Virus record (IMG/VR): IMGVR_UViG_3300037722_000889
Span: 1 to 64,000 of that record
DNA: 64,000 nt
Strand: one strand, 5' to 3'
Source of the DNA: a virus
Lineage: Duplodnaviria; Caudoviricetes
Part shown: positions 27,832 through 36,870 of the stretch, piece after piece
Numbering within the stretch: position 1 is the first letter of the stretch
Layout: every line of letters begins with the position of its first letter
Translations under genes and position numbers: made by a program
Notes under the pieces: model-generated
The model's database searches: none
The model's input: only the letters and a program-made list of their open reading frames with translations
What the model was told of the DNA's origin: nothing

Positions 27832-28207
27832 GGCGGTTCTCCTGTTCGAACCGGTCGAAGACCGGGATGGGGGATTCATAGGGGAAGCGGCTGTCGCAGG
27901 ACTCGATGTAGTGCCCGCCAAACGAGCCGCCCAGTACCGGGTTTCCGGCTTCGGTCAACGGTACGGCGCGTACCCGGCGGATAATCGCGTCCTCCGGCCT
28001 GATCGTCGGGCGCAGTCCATGGGCTATGTTGAGGTAGCCTGGGTATTCCCGCAGGTTGTCACTTTCGATCAGGGTCAGGCCTGGGCAGCCTTCCTGGGAC
28101 GTGAACACGTTGCAGTCCTTCACACGCAGCACTGCGTGTTTGCAGCCTGACGTCACGCCGCCGTTCGTACAGTCATCGCCGATGATAAAGACGAGTAAAC
28201 CTTTCAT
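27821..28207 (-). CDS. Hypothetical protein
   Basis: DCTNGGVTS...FGGHYIESCDSRF...PIPVFDRFE. Confidence 0.75.
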   Translation of the reverse strand: MKGLLVFIIGDDCTNGGVTSGCKHAVLRVKDCNVFTSQEGCPGLTLIESDNLREYPGYLNIAHGLRPTIRPEDAIIRRVRAVPLTEAGNPVLGGSFGGHYIESCDSRFPYESPIPVFDRFEQENRHER

Positions 28208-28261
28208 CGCATTTCTCCTCGTTGAGAGTGGCGGTCTAGAATCTAGACCGCCGTAGGTTGG

Positions 28262-29512
28262 TTACAGTGGCAGGTACCACAGGATGTCGTCGTAGTTGTC
28301 GATGTGCTTCCACCGTAAGCCCGAAGCACTGCGGACCATGGTCTTGCCGTCGCGCATCCTGTACAGCACATCCCCTGTGAGGCCGTGCGGGCAATCGCCG
28401 CCCTTCCACGGGGTCATCTGCAGCAGGCCGGGGTGGTCCAGTTCCTTGAAGCTCATGCGCCAGGTAACCTGTCCTTTGGAGTGGGCTACCTTGTACGGGT
28501 ACTCTCGTGACGGGTCGTGCTCAATCAGTTCGCCTACGGCGGCCAAATCCTCGTCACTGTTCCAGAACCGGTACAGCTTGCCGATGACCGGCGCCGCCTG
28601 TTTCTTGGCCTCCGCCTCTTCCTCCTGCTTCCGGTCGTACCACTGGATCGTCTGCTCCAGCAGCTTGATCATGGGCTCGGGATTACCATCCTTGGCGAAC
28701 ACCCGGAACTCAGATCCGCACGAGCGGCCTCTGGACAGCTTGATCTCGCACTCGTCGCAGTTCGAGTTGTGCACCTGACACAGGGCGCAGCTGGTTTCCC
28801 GGAACGAGAGCACGGTCTCGCCGGTCGTGATCAGGAAGCCGTCCCGTGACAGCCCGTACTCCTTCAGCACTTCTTTCCTGGCGCCCTTCCACTTGCGCAG
28901 GGAATGTTCCATGGCGGCGCGGGTGGTAATTGTCGGCGGGAACCCGGCCTTGGCTCCTGGCGAGAATGTGCTGGCCGGGACCGGGTAGAACTCCTGCAGC
29001 CAGGTATCCGGGCAAGCCTTCGGTACTTTCGGCTTGAATACGCGCCGCCAACCATAGCCTTCGTTGAAGACTTCAGGCTCGCGCTCGACCACGAGGGCGA
29101 ACGCCTCGCGCTTATTGTTTTCGTCGCTGAAGAACGGGCACCATGAGCCGTCATCCGTCTTCAGCGTGATGACGGTGCCCGGCTTGAATGCGAAGTGGTT
29201 GCTTCTCAGTACCTCGATCTGGTCCCCGACTTTCAAGCCCAGCTTTTCGCGCGTAGTTTTCTCCACTGGTTTCGTATCCACGCGTTCCCAGCCATAGCCT
29301 TCGTCGTAGACTTCTTCGGTTTCTTCGGTGGAGCCTTCGACGGTGAAGTAGGTTGTTTCTCCTGATCGCTCGTTGTAGAAGCGAGGGGCGATAGACCTGT
29401 CGTCCCGGGCTAAGCGAAGGATGTCGCCGGGCTGGCAGACCTCATGGCCTTTGCGTAGAACTTTGATCTTGTCTCCGACCTTCAGGCCGAGTCTTTCACA
29501 TGGCGTGGCCAT
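28262..29512 (-). CDS. Mosaic multidomain protein with internal repeats and a Cys-rich domain
   Basis: Two (E/K)RLGLKVGD repeats; CALC..CDEC..SCGS cluster. Confidence 0.75.
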   Translation of the reverse strand: MATPCERLGLKVGDKIKVLRKGHEVCQPGDILRLARDDRSIAPRFYNERSGETTYFTVEGSTEETEEVYDEGYGWERVDTKPVEKTTREKLGLKVGDQIEVLRSNHFAFKPGTVITLKTDDGSWCPFFSDENNKREAFALVVEREPEVFNEGYGWRRVFKPKVPKACPDTWLQEFYPVPASTFSPGAKAGFPPTITTRAAMEHSLRKWKGARKEVLKEYGLSRDGFLITTGETVLSFRETSCALCQVHNSNCDECEIKLSRGRSCGSEFRVFAKDGNPEPMIKLLEQTIQWYDRKQEEEAEAKKQAAPVIGKLYRFWNSDEDLAAVGELIEHDPSREYPYKVAHSKGQVTWRMSFKELDHPGLLQMTPWKGGDCPHGLTGDVLYRMRDGKTMVRSASGLRWKHIDNYDDILWYLPL

Positions 29513-29768
29513 ATTCTTTCTCCTCATTGAGTGGTTGGGTAATGATTTCTTTATTCTGCAGGACATCCTGCACGAAGTCCGCCGCAAACTGCTGACAGCA
29601 GCCCAGCATCTCCTGCACGAACTTGACCGTAGACTCCGGGCCGTTCACCTGGACGGACAGCCGGCAATAGGCTGCCAGAGACAAGACGGCCCGGTAGGGC
29701 AGGGTGGAGTGATGCGTATGATTTCCGGTGTTGATACGGACACCGGTACCGTGGTGCAGCAGCTCCAT
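29496..29768 (-). CDS. Hypothetical protein (uncertain)
   Basis: 90-aa ORF filling the gap; SD is weak. Confidence 0.4.
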   Translation of the reverse strand: MELLHHGTGVRINTGNHTHHSTLPYRAVLSLAAYCRLSVQVNGPESTVKFVQEMLGCCQQFAADFVQDVLQNKEIITQPLNEEKEYGHAM

Positions 29769-29769
29769 G

Positions 29770-29934
29770 TCAGCGAACCACCAGACCGAGGGTCTTCTTG
29801 GCGATCTTCTTACGCAGCTTGTCACCGGAGCGGGTGAGGTTGTCCGGGTTATGTGCCCACGTGGTGCGCTTCATGTTGGCGGTGCCGCTGAAATGCTTGC
29901 GGGCGGAGGGCTTACGGGCTTTGCTTGCTTTCAT
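29770..29934 (-). CDS. Small very basic protein (not in ORF track)
   Basis: MKASKARKPSARKHFSGTANMKRTTWAHNPDNLTRSGDKLRKKIAKKTLGLVVR; CTCAATGAGGAG SD. Confidence 0.7.
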   Translation of the reverse strand: MKASKARKPSARKHFSGTANMKRTTWAHNPDNLTRSGDKLRKKIAKKTLGLVVR

Positions 29935-30001
29935 CTTCAGTTCTCCTCATTGAGAAAGTTGGTCTAGAATCTAGACCGGGTTGGATCCTGACATGTCAGG
30001 A

Positions 30002-30613
30002 TCAGTACGGTGCTACTATTTCACATTGCGCCAGCGGCACGGGCAGGTGTTCCGCCATGCCGTTGGTTTCCGGATCGGACCCGTAAAAGCCACAGCAGCT
30101 GTCGGTCTCCTCCTCATCCTGCTCCAGGACGAAACCGTACACGTCGCCCTGGATGAACTGGTCGTATACCTTGACCTCGCTCTTCAGGCGCTGGCTGACC
30201 TTGTCCCACAGGCTGGCGCTGATCCGCTTCTTGCCGAACTCGGCGCGCACCTTCTCCGGGGTCACGAAGATCACACCGACCTGGCCAGAGTCCCAGGGGC
30301 AGGAGAATCTCTCCGTGCTCATGGTAATACCGGAATGGTCATACAGGTACAGTGGCAGCAGGTAGATGCCACACTCTTCGGCCGTGTCGGCCAGGGTTGC
30401 GGGCCGGTCGAAGTCCCGGTAGTCGTCGCTGCGGTAATCCTCCCAGGACTCGCGGTACTTCTTGCTGCTGCGTACCGCTTCCTTCAGCTTGTCCACGCCA
30501 TCCTTGTCACCGAGGTTGTAGCGGCTGTGCCAACAGGCCATGGTACCGAGGTTGTCCCAGTCACGCGGGCTCTCCGCGTCCTGGTCGGGGATGATCTTGA
30601 GTACGTTCTTCAT
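30002..30613 (-). CDS. Conserved phage hypothetical protein
   Basis: SPRDWDNLG...LPLYLYDHSGITMS...WDSGQVG...SCCGFYG. Confidence 0.8.
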   Translation of the reverse strand: MKNVLKIIPDQDAESPRDWDNLGTMACWHSRYNLGDKDGVDKLKEAVRSSKKYRESWEDYRSDDYRDFDRPATLADTAEECGIYLLPLYLYDHSGITMSTERFSCPWDSGQVGVIFVTPEKVRAEFGKKRISASLWDKVSQRLKSEVKVYDQFIQGDVYGFVLEQDEEETDSCCGFYGSDPETNGMAEHLPVPLAQCEIVAPY

Positions 30614-30648
30614 TCGCGTTCTCCTCATTGAGAAAGTTGGCCTAGGTT

Positions 30649-30930
30649 CTAGACCGCGGCGTAGCGGGGTACGAAGAAATTCTCCAGCTTGCCGGTCTCC
30701 CGGTTCAGGTGACGGGCGATGCCGTTGACGTCGTGCATCAGGTCGTGGTCTTCTGCGTTTGCCAGCCCGCTCAGACGCAGTGGCGTGTGCAGGTGAACGG
30801 CCGCCAGGTCCATCTGCACGCCGAGCCGGTCGACACTGTACCCGTAGTGATCAGCCGCGATCTTGCGCACTCGCGCAGTGATGACATCTACGTGTATCCG
30901 TTCTTCTTTGGTGAATGTTGCAAATTTCAT
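30649..30930 (-). CDS. Conserved phage hypothetical protein
   Basis: MDLAAVH..PLRL...HDVNGIARHLNRETGKLENFFVPRYA. Confidence 0.8.
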   Translation of the reverse strand: MKFATFTKEERIHVDVITARVRKIAADHYGYSVDRLGVQMDLAAVHLHTPLRLSGLANAEDHDLMHDVNGIARHLNRETGKLENFFVPRYAAV

Positions 30931-30967
30931 GATGTTCTCCTTGGGTTGAAATCCTGACATGTCAGAG

Positions 30968-31612
30968 TTACCAGTAATCCCGTTCCACTTCCTCGCAGGT
31001 GGCATACCCGCCACCGTACCTCAGCCTGAACTCCTGGCCTACGTGCTCCGCGTGCTTGGCACGCGGGTCCACCGCTTTTGCAATGGCCCAGAACTGCTGG
31101 TTGGCCTTGCCGATGTCTCCGAACCGGCGCTTGGCCAGGTTGTAACCGTGGCGCAGGAAGTGCAGGGAGTCCGTCCAGAACTGCGGGTCCACCTCGATGT
31201 CAGGGTCCATCCCTCTCATGCCTACGTCGATGATCGTATGGAATGCATCATCACAGTCGTGCCGGCGGGTACGCGGCACCGGCATCCGGTACGAACACCC
31301 GTTCGCGTAATACCCCGCCAAGCTGGCCGCATCCCTTGCGAGGTTCTCTTCCGCCGAGTACATGTTGCCCTGGCCATCCCGGCTCAAGTCGCTCCACTCG
31401 CCGCGCACGAACCACACGCCTCCCAGCGCCACCAGCTCGTCACCGACCGAGCCAATCGCCTTCAACCCATACTGGTGCTCCAGCAGGTCATGGGCGATCA
31501 GCAGGCCTTCCCTGGCGACCATCGGGGTTTCAATCATGCGCACGTCCTTGCACATCAGTCCCAGCTCTCCGAGACATATGTCCTCCCGCACTACCAAACT
31601 CACGCTTCTCAT
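30968..31612 (-). CDS. Hypothetical protein flanked by hybrid palindromes
   Basis: 214 aa; LLIAHDLLEH and DELVALGG suggest an HxxxE(H) metal site. Confidence 0.75.
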   Translation of the reverse strand: MRSVSLVVREDICLGELGLMCKDVRMIETPMVAREGLLIAHDLLEHQYGLKAIGSVGDELVALGGVWFVRGEWSDLSRDGQGNMYSAEENLARDAASLAGYYANGCSYRMPVPRTRRHDCDDAFHTIIDVGMRGMDPDIEVDPQFWTDSLHFLRHGYNLAKRRFGDIGKANQQFWAIAKAVDPRAKHAEHVGQEFRLRYGGGYATCEEVERDYW

Positions 31613-31659
31613 GGTTACCCTCCTCATTGAGGTATTGAAACTCTGACATGTCAGGACCG

Positions 31660-32004
31660 TTACACTTCCTGCTCCACCCACACGTACAGGATGGACCCTA
31701 CGGGCGGGCTGCCGAACAAGGCTGCCGTCTCGCTGATGATGTAGTGCCTGACGTTATACTCGGGCAAATTCACTTCCAGCGAACCTAGCTTGTACTTAAC
31801 GGTTACCTCGACCTCGATGTACTCGTCATCATCCTTCGGACGGCGACTGGATACGGTTAACCACATTGGCTTACTGCGGCGCAGGCCCGGGAACACCTCA
31901 TTCAGCTGCCTTGCGCACAGCAGCCCGTCCGTGGTGAACGGGCCGCTCCGCCACCAATCAAAGAGCAGGCCTGGGATGTACTGGAGCTTCACTGTCTTTT
32001 TCAT
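31660..32004 (-). CDS. Hypothetical protein (paralog of 32001..32348)
   Basis: TVSSRRP and LYVWVEQE are shared with the neighbouring ORF. Confidence 0.7.
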   Translation of the reverse strand: MKKTVKLQYIPGLLFDWWRSGPFTTDGLLCARQLNEVFPGLRRSKPMWLTVSSRRPKDDDEYIEVEVTVKYKLGSLEVNLPEYNVRHYIISETAALFGSPPVGSILYVWVEQEV

Positions 32005-32348
32005 GCTGATTCCTCCTGTTCAACCCACACATACAGGACGGTACCGGGCGACGGATTGTCGAATGCGTCGCGCACATCCTCCATAATGTACGTGCCGCCG
32101 CGAAGGCCCCTTCCCTCTACATACTCTCCATAGAAGTCCATCTTCACAGTGACGTGCTTCCGGCCGTCGGCAGGTTTGCGGCTGGACACTGTGACCAGTA
32201 GTGTCTTATCCGTATCCAAGTCCGGAAACAGGCTGTTCATAATGCCTCCGCACAAGTACCCGCCATGGCCTGGTAGATTCCACCGAGGCCCGTTAAACCC
32301 TCCCTCTCGGTACACAAATTCCACTGTCTTTTCCACTATCTCTTTCAT
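32001..32348 (-). CDS. Hypothetical protein (paralog of 31660..32004)
   Basis: TVSSRKP and LYVWVEQE. Confidence 0.7.
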   Translation of the reverse strand: MKEIVEKTVEFVYREGGFNGPRWNLPGHGGYLCGGIMNSLFPDLDTDKTLLVTVSSRKPADGRKHVTVKMDFYGEYVEGRGLRGGTYIMEDVRDAFDNPSPGTVLYVWVEQEESA

Positions 32349-32932
32349 GCCGATTCCCTCATCTGCCAAAGTTGGTCGTCTCCAACGGCATTCTTACCCT
32401 CCAGGGTAATCGCGCCGGCCTTGTTCAGCAGGCCCTTCTGGATCAGGGCCGCCTTCACCGCTTCCCACCGTTCCGACGTGATGCCGGTGTACCGGTGCGC
32501 CTCCCGATAGCGGATGTTCTTCTCGCCGCCATAGGAATTCTTGTGACTGCGGGTCGCGATCAGGACAATGCGCTCGTCCCGGGTCAGCTCCACCGGCGCA
32601 GGCAGGGCGGCTGCCAGGTCTCCGGGCAGGGCATGGGCCTTCAGGTATTGCCGATCGGACACCTGCTGCATCTCGACGATGACCACGCCAGGACGCAACG
32701 GCACATCCACGTGCTCTTCCGGCTTGAACGGATTGGCCGTGTCAGGGTGAGCCTCGGTGACCTTGCCAGTGGCAAGCTCGACGGCCTTGTACCAGGACCG
32801 GGAACCGCCGGACCAGAAGTTGTTGAGATGAACAGAGCTGGCGGTAATGAGCTGCACCTGCTTGCCCGAGTAGGCAAAGCAGCGATGGATGCACTCCGGC
32901 AGGTCTTGCGGCTTGATGTAGGTGGTTTGCAT
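32345..32932 (-). CDS. Hypothetical protein
   Basis: WSGGSRSWY motif; C-terminal winged-helix-like LIQKGLLNKAGAITLEGK. Confidence 0.75.
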   Translation of the reverse strand: MQTTYIKPQDLPECIHRCFAYSGKQVQLITASSVHLNNFWSGGSRSWYKAVELATGKVTEAHPDTANPFKPEEHVDVPLRPGVVIVEMQQVSDRQYLKAHALPGDLAAALPAPVELTRDERIVLIATRSHKNSYGGEKNIRYREAHRYTGITSERWEAVKAALIQKGLLNKAGAITLEGKNAVGDDQLWQMRESA

Positions 32933-32978
32933 TGTCTTCTCCTCATTGAGAAAGGTTGGGAATCCTGACATGTCAGGA

Positions 32979-33473
32979 TCAGGCAGGGGTGGCTTCCTTC
33001 AGCACCTTCTCGATGTGGCTCCAGATAGGATGCCGGCAGATGAACTTCCATTGCCCGCTTTCCAGCAGGTGAAGACTGAAATAGGACTGGCCTGCTGTCA
33101 TCTCGATCTTCCACAAGTTGCTGCTGCCTTCTACGGTAGCGATCCAAGCCAGGTTGTTGCCGACCGTAGGGATAGTCTGCGTGGTGATCTTGCGAGGTGG
33201 CGCTGTCGGCGGCCCGTCAATGTACTCAAGAGTGGTGCGGATACTTACGGCGAGCGAAGACTCGTCCTGCCCGTTCTCCTCCAGCTCGTCCAGCAGCCGC
33301 TGCGCCAATGCGTACAGCTCCGGTGCCATGCGCATCAGCCTTCCATTCGCCTCGGCTTCCTGCAGGCCGATGGATCGGCTACATTCGCGACCGGCGCTGT
33401 AGTACAGGTAATCCTCGTCGTCATCTTGGACCGGCCCGAAATCGGCCCAAGGGCCTTGGGTAAATTTTGCCAT
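32979..33473 (-). CDS. Hypothetical protein
   Basis: TQGPW...EANGRLMRMAPEL, a common phage domain. Confidence 0.75.
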   Translation of the reverse strand: MAKFTQGPWADFGPVQDDDEDYLYYSAGRECSRSIGLQEAEANGRLMRMAPELYALAQRLLDELEENGQDESSLAVSIRTTLEYIDGPPTAPPRKITTQTIPTVGNNLAWIATVEGSSNLWKIEMTAGQSYFSLHLLESGQWKFICRHPIWSHIEKVLKEATPA

Positions 33474-33528
33474 GCTCTTCTCCTCAGTGAGAAACTCTGA
33501 CATGTCAGAGTTTGTGATGGTCTAGGTT

Positions 33529-33714
33529 CTAGACCTCGACGTTGCGCCGCCGGATACGGTCAAGCAACTGGGCGCAGGTAAGGTCGTTCTCTTCTATCTC
33601 GTCCACCAGCTCTGGGCAGTCGAACATGGCGTCATACGCTTCCTCCGTCTTCCCGTGCCGGTGCAGGTTGAGGATCATCCGCTCAACCACGGGCTGTGGA
33701 TACCTCTCGCTCAT
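33529..33714 (-). CDS. Hypothetical protein
   Basis: 61 aa; TAG stop lies inside a TCTAGA palindrome. Confidence 0.7.
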   Translation of the reverse strand: MSERYPQPVVERMILNLHRHGKTEEAYDAMFDCPELVDEIEENDLTCAQLLDRIRRRNVEV

Positions 33715-34088
33715 GTTGGTTTCCTCGCTTCAAAATGCACACAGCCATACTCCGCCCCGAAATAGACCGCGCCATCGTGCCCGCACTCAATCCCACACTC
33801 GTCAGGCTTCATGCCGCGGGCATCAAACGGCGCCTTGTGGCAGGGATAGGCAAGGTGGACTGCGTGGTACGGCAGACCTGGCACTTCGTTGGAGTAGGCC
33901 TTCCCCTCCCTTTCCCAGTGCTGGCAATCCTTGCAGGTGCCGATGAGGGTGGTGACTCGGCCTTGCAGGAAGCCACGGAACAGTCGCAGCTCGCGGGCCG
34001 CGCTGGCCGCATTAGTGCTGTAGTCCTCCACCTTCTGCTCGTTATCACACGTCCCCAGGTACTCCCGCATTGCCTGTTCCAGGTTCAT
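33711..34088 (-). CDS. Hypothetical Cys-containing protein
   Basis: CKDCQHW and FGAEYGCVHF motifs. Confidence 0.7.
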   Translation of the reverse strand: MNLEQAMREYLGTCDNEQKVEDYSTNAASAARELRLFRGFLQGRVTTLIGTCKDCQHWEREGKAYSNEVPGLPYHAVHLAYPCHKAPFDARGMKPDECGIECGHDGAVYFGAEYGCVHFEARKPT

Positions 34089-34324
34089 GGCCACGCCTCC
34101 TCCACGACCATCTGCACCCTGTCGGGCGGGTCAGGCAGTAATATCTGCAACTCGGTACCACAGCCCCCGCACTCTGCCCCCTTTCCGTCCAGGTGGCTCG
34201 CCAGTTCAGGCGGCACACTCGCGGCCAGGTAGCTATTCCACTGACCGTCGCGCTCAATCGACTGAAACACTACATCTCTACCGCACTTCGGGCAGGGCGC
34301 TATTACTTTATCGTGTATGCTCAT
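34085..34324 (-). CDS. Zn-ribbon protein
   Basis: CPKCG...CGGCG. Confidence 0.7.
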   Translation of the reverse strand: MSIHDKVIAPCPKCGRDVVFQSIERDGQWNSYLAASVPPELASHLDGKGAECGGCGTELQILLPDPPDRVQMVVEEAWP

Positions 34325-34326
34325 GG

Positions 34327-34518
34327 CTATGTCTCCTGCACGTCGTCAACACTCCACTGACCATCACGCACGGAGTAGCCAAACTCCTCACACGCATCCT
34401 CCGAAGCCTCCACCTTTCGCTGGGCTTCTTCCGCACTCTCCGCCTCCACCAGATGCATCAGGGTGCGGTTGTCGGTAACGTACACTCGAAAGGTTTTCAG
34501 TCTGAGTTCTTTATTCAC
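34327..34518 (-). CDS. Hypothetical protein
   Basis: GTG start with GAGGAG SD; VEAESAEEA motif. Confidence 0.7.
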   Translation of the reverse strand: MNKELRLKTFRVYVTDNRTLMHLVEAESAEEAQRKVEASEDACEEFGYSVRDGQWSVDDVQET

Positions 34519-34563
34519 GGTGCTTCTCCTCACTCTAGATTCTAGAATCCTGACATGTCAGGA

Positions 34564-35004
34564 TTACCAATCAAATATCGGGAACAGGTTCTTGTACAGC
34601 TCTGCGTCCCGGTCGAACATGACGTAGCGGTGGCCCTTCTTACGCGCCCAGGCCAGGATGTCGTCCAGGTACGGGCAGCCCATGCTCTCTCCCCTGCGCA
34701 TGGCGTTGGGGTCGGTGTAGGTCAGCCAACCATATTCACCCAGACTATAACTGATGCAATTATCCAGGCTGCCTTCATCCAACTTCTCCGCCGTTTCCTT
34801 CGGCACGTGGCCGGTAGACAGGATCGGGCAGGTGAAGGTCTCGACTTGGGTCTCTGCACGTGCCAGTTGCATTCGCAATGCTTCACACTCTTCGCGCAGA
34901 GTGAGGAAGGTCTTGACTCCGGCTTCCTGTTTCAGCTGTGCCATCTCTTCCCGCAAGGCTTCACACTCCTCGCGCCAGGCGCGGTTCGACTTGACTTCTG
35001 CCAT
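34564..35004 (-). CDS. Hypothetical protein
   Basis: Coiled N-terminus; LSTGHV...YGWL...YVMFDRD C-terminal domain. Confidence 0.75.
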   Translation of the reverse strand: MAEVKSNRAWREECEALREEMAQLKQEAGVKTFLTLREECEALRMQLARAETQVETFTCPILSTGHVPKETAEKLDEGSLDNCISYSLGEYGWLTYTDPNAMRRGESMGCPYLDDILAWARKKGHRYVMFDRDAELYKNLFPIFDW

Positions 35005-35043
35005 GATTTTTCTCCTTACTCTAGGTTTTAGAATCCTGACATG

Positions 35044-35445
35044 TCAGGATTGCTCGCTCTCCGCCACTGCTCGGCGCATGATCCAGTGTGCCTGATCCAA
35101 CAGGGCCAGGGCTTGCGTGGTCAGCGCGCATGGTATGGGCGGCAGGTCTGGCCTGGCTTCATCCGTCTCCAGTTGGTAATGCAGCTTTTCAATTTGCTGC
35201 GCCTCTTCCAACAGCCACAGGTTGGCAGGTGGTCGATCCCGCTCGTACTCCTTGCGTGCATCTTCCAGCCACTGCACCGCTTCAAGCAGGGAGGAGCGCG
35301 TGGCAAAGCCTTCTTCCCTGCCGTCCTCGTGCTTCAGCATGATCTCGAATGCATTCCAGGTGAGTCGCTCGATGACCCACACCTGTGGACCGATTAGATA
35401 CTGCCAACAGTGAGGGCCAACTATGGTAAGAGTGTTGGCGCGCAT
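35044..35445 (-). CDS. Hypothetical protein
   Basis: 133 aa; TGA stop lies inside a CATG palindrome. Confidence 0.7.
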   Translation of the reverse strand: MRANTLTIVGPHCWQYLIGPQVWVIERLTWNAFEIMLKHEDGREEGFATRSSLLEAVQWLEDARKEYERDRPPANLWLLEEAQQIEKLHYQLETDEARPDLPPIPCALTTQALALLDQAHWIMRRAVAESEQS

Positions 35446-35771
35446 GGTGCTTCTCCTTCCGGCAGGAGTGACTCCAGGAACTCACGCTCCTGACGGGCGA
35501 GGTCGGCGAGTTCATCGGTCCAGGCGATGTGCAGCCACACGTCGTGCGCTTCCATGTACTTCCCTATCTCCCCATCAAACAGATCGTACGGAGTGCTGCC
35601 GCACCCTCGCACGCCGGTGGCCTCCCGCACAGGGCAGCCGCTACAGTCTTTAACGAAGAACAACTTGCACAGTGGACAGTTTGCCGTGCCCAGGTCCCGC
35701 CCGTCATGACACTCAATTTCCTTCCACTTCTCGATACTGCCGCGCAGGGCGGCCAGAGTTTGTTCATCCAT
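35421..35771 (-). CDS. Cys-rich hypothetical protein
   Basis: SIEKW...CPLC...CSGCP...GCGSTPY. Confidence 0.75.
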   Translation of the reverse strand: MDEQTLAALRGSIEKWKEIECHDGRDLGTANCPLCKLFFVKDCSGCPVREATGVRGCGSTPYDLFDGEIGKYMEAHDVWLHIAWTDELADLARQEREFLESLLPEGEAPCAPTLLP

Positions 35772-35932
35772 ATCGTTTCTCCTCATTGAGAAACTCTGAC
35801 ATGTCAGAGTTTCAGGCGTTGATCCAGTGCCGTTGGAAGCGGCGGATATACCGCTTCTGCTGCGGCCAGGGGACCGGCAGGAGGGTGCAGAGGGCGCACT
35901 GGTTCCTGCCGGTGGTAATGAACCGCAGCGGG

Positions 35933-36130
35933 TTACAGGGCATACCGGGTAGCCTGGACATGAATGTGGCGCTTGGGCAGGCGGTGGCGTGCATCAGCCA
36001 CAGCTTCCAGAAGCTCCGCACGGGCCTCCTGAGCGGCGATCAGGTTCTCGCGGGTGGCGCAGTCACGCAGGCGCTTGCAGGCCTGGCGGTAGGCGAGGCG
36101 CAGGCAGGTGAGGGTGTAGAGGTTCTTCAT
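35933..36130 (-). CDS. Hypothetical protein
   Basis: 65 aa, AAGGAG SD. Confidence 0.6.
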   Translation of the reverse strand: MKNLYTLTCLRLAYRQACKRLRDCATRENLIAAQEARAELLEAVADARHRLPKRHIHVQATRYAL

Positions 36131-36234
36131 GGCTTTCTCCTTCATTGGAAATGCACCACTGGGATTCCCCTGGCCTCAATGCAAGGGGGAGTGGTGCTGG
36201 TTTGGGTGTAACGTATATCAGTTCGAGGGTATAT

Positions 36235-36480
36235 TCAAGCGGCCTCGGCCTGGGCGTTCGTCCGGGCCAGCTCCCGGCGCAGGTAGGCCTGGGTGACCGC
36301 GGAGTCGCTCAGGTCCGTCGCTTCCTGGCAGGCATAGCCGGCCAGGTAGATGTTGATGCCCCTTACCTTCTGGGCAGTCTCATTCCACGCCTCTGGCGTG
36401 TCGCAGCCTTCGTTGCAGTCCCACAGGAAGATGAGGGTCTGCTCCAGGTTGTCGAGTTCGGCTTTATCTTCAGGGGTCAT
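36235..36480 (-). CDS. Hypothetical protein
   Basis: 81 aa, AAGGAG SD. Confidence 0.7.
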   Translation of the reverse strand: MTPEDKAELDNLEQTLIFLWDCNEGCDTPEAWNETAQKVRGINIYLAGYACQEATDLSDSAVTQAYLRRELARTNAQAEAA

Positions 36481-36564
36481 GATGGTCTCCTTCATTGGAA
36501 AGGTCGGATCGTCCGACAGGTTGATCCCGATATGTCGGAAGGGTGGATCCTGACATGTCAGGAT

Positions 36565-36870
36565 CTAGGTTCTAGACTCGCTGGCCTCCTTTACTGCGCC
36601 TACGAAGGCGGCAACATGCTGGGGCAGGTCCACCGGCTTTCCGGACAGTGCGGCTTCTTCGAATCCGCCGGCAACCTCCAAGGCGTCCAGTATCCCCATG
36701 GGCTCCCCGGTCACCTGGTAGTACAGCGCGCTCAGGGCCATGCCGGCGCATTCCAAGGCCCCTTGCGCGTACAGGTTCTGGCCGTCGTCCTCCCCCTCGA
36801 TTCGGTCCATCGCGGCGCCGAGGATGATTCCAGTTACGAATGCAAGCTGCTCGTGGCTCATTGGGTGCAT
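36565..36870 (-). CDS. Hypothetical protein
   Basis: 101 aa between two composite palindrome sites. Confidence 0.7.
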   Translation of the reverse strand: MHPMSHEQLAFVTGIILGAAMDRIEGEDDGQNLYAQGALECAGMALSALYYQVTGEPMGILDALEVAGGFEEAALSGKPVDLPQHVAAFVGAVKEASESRT

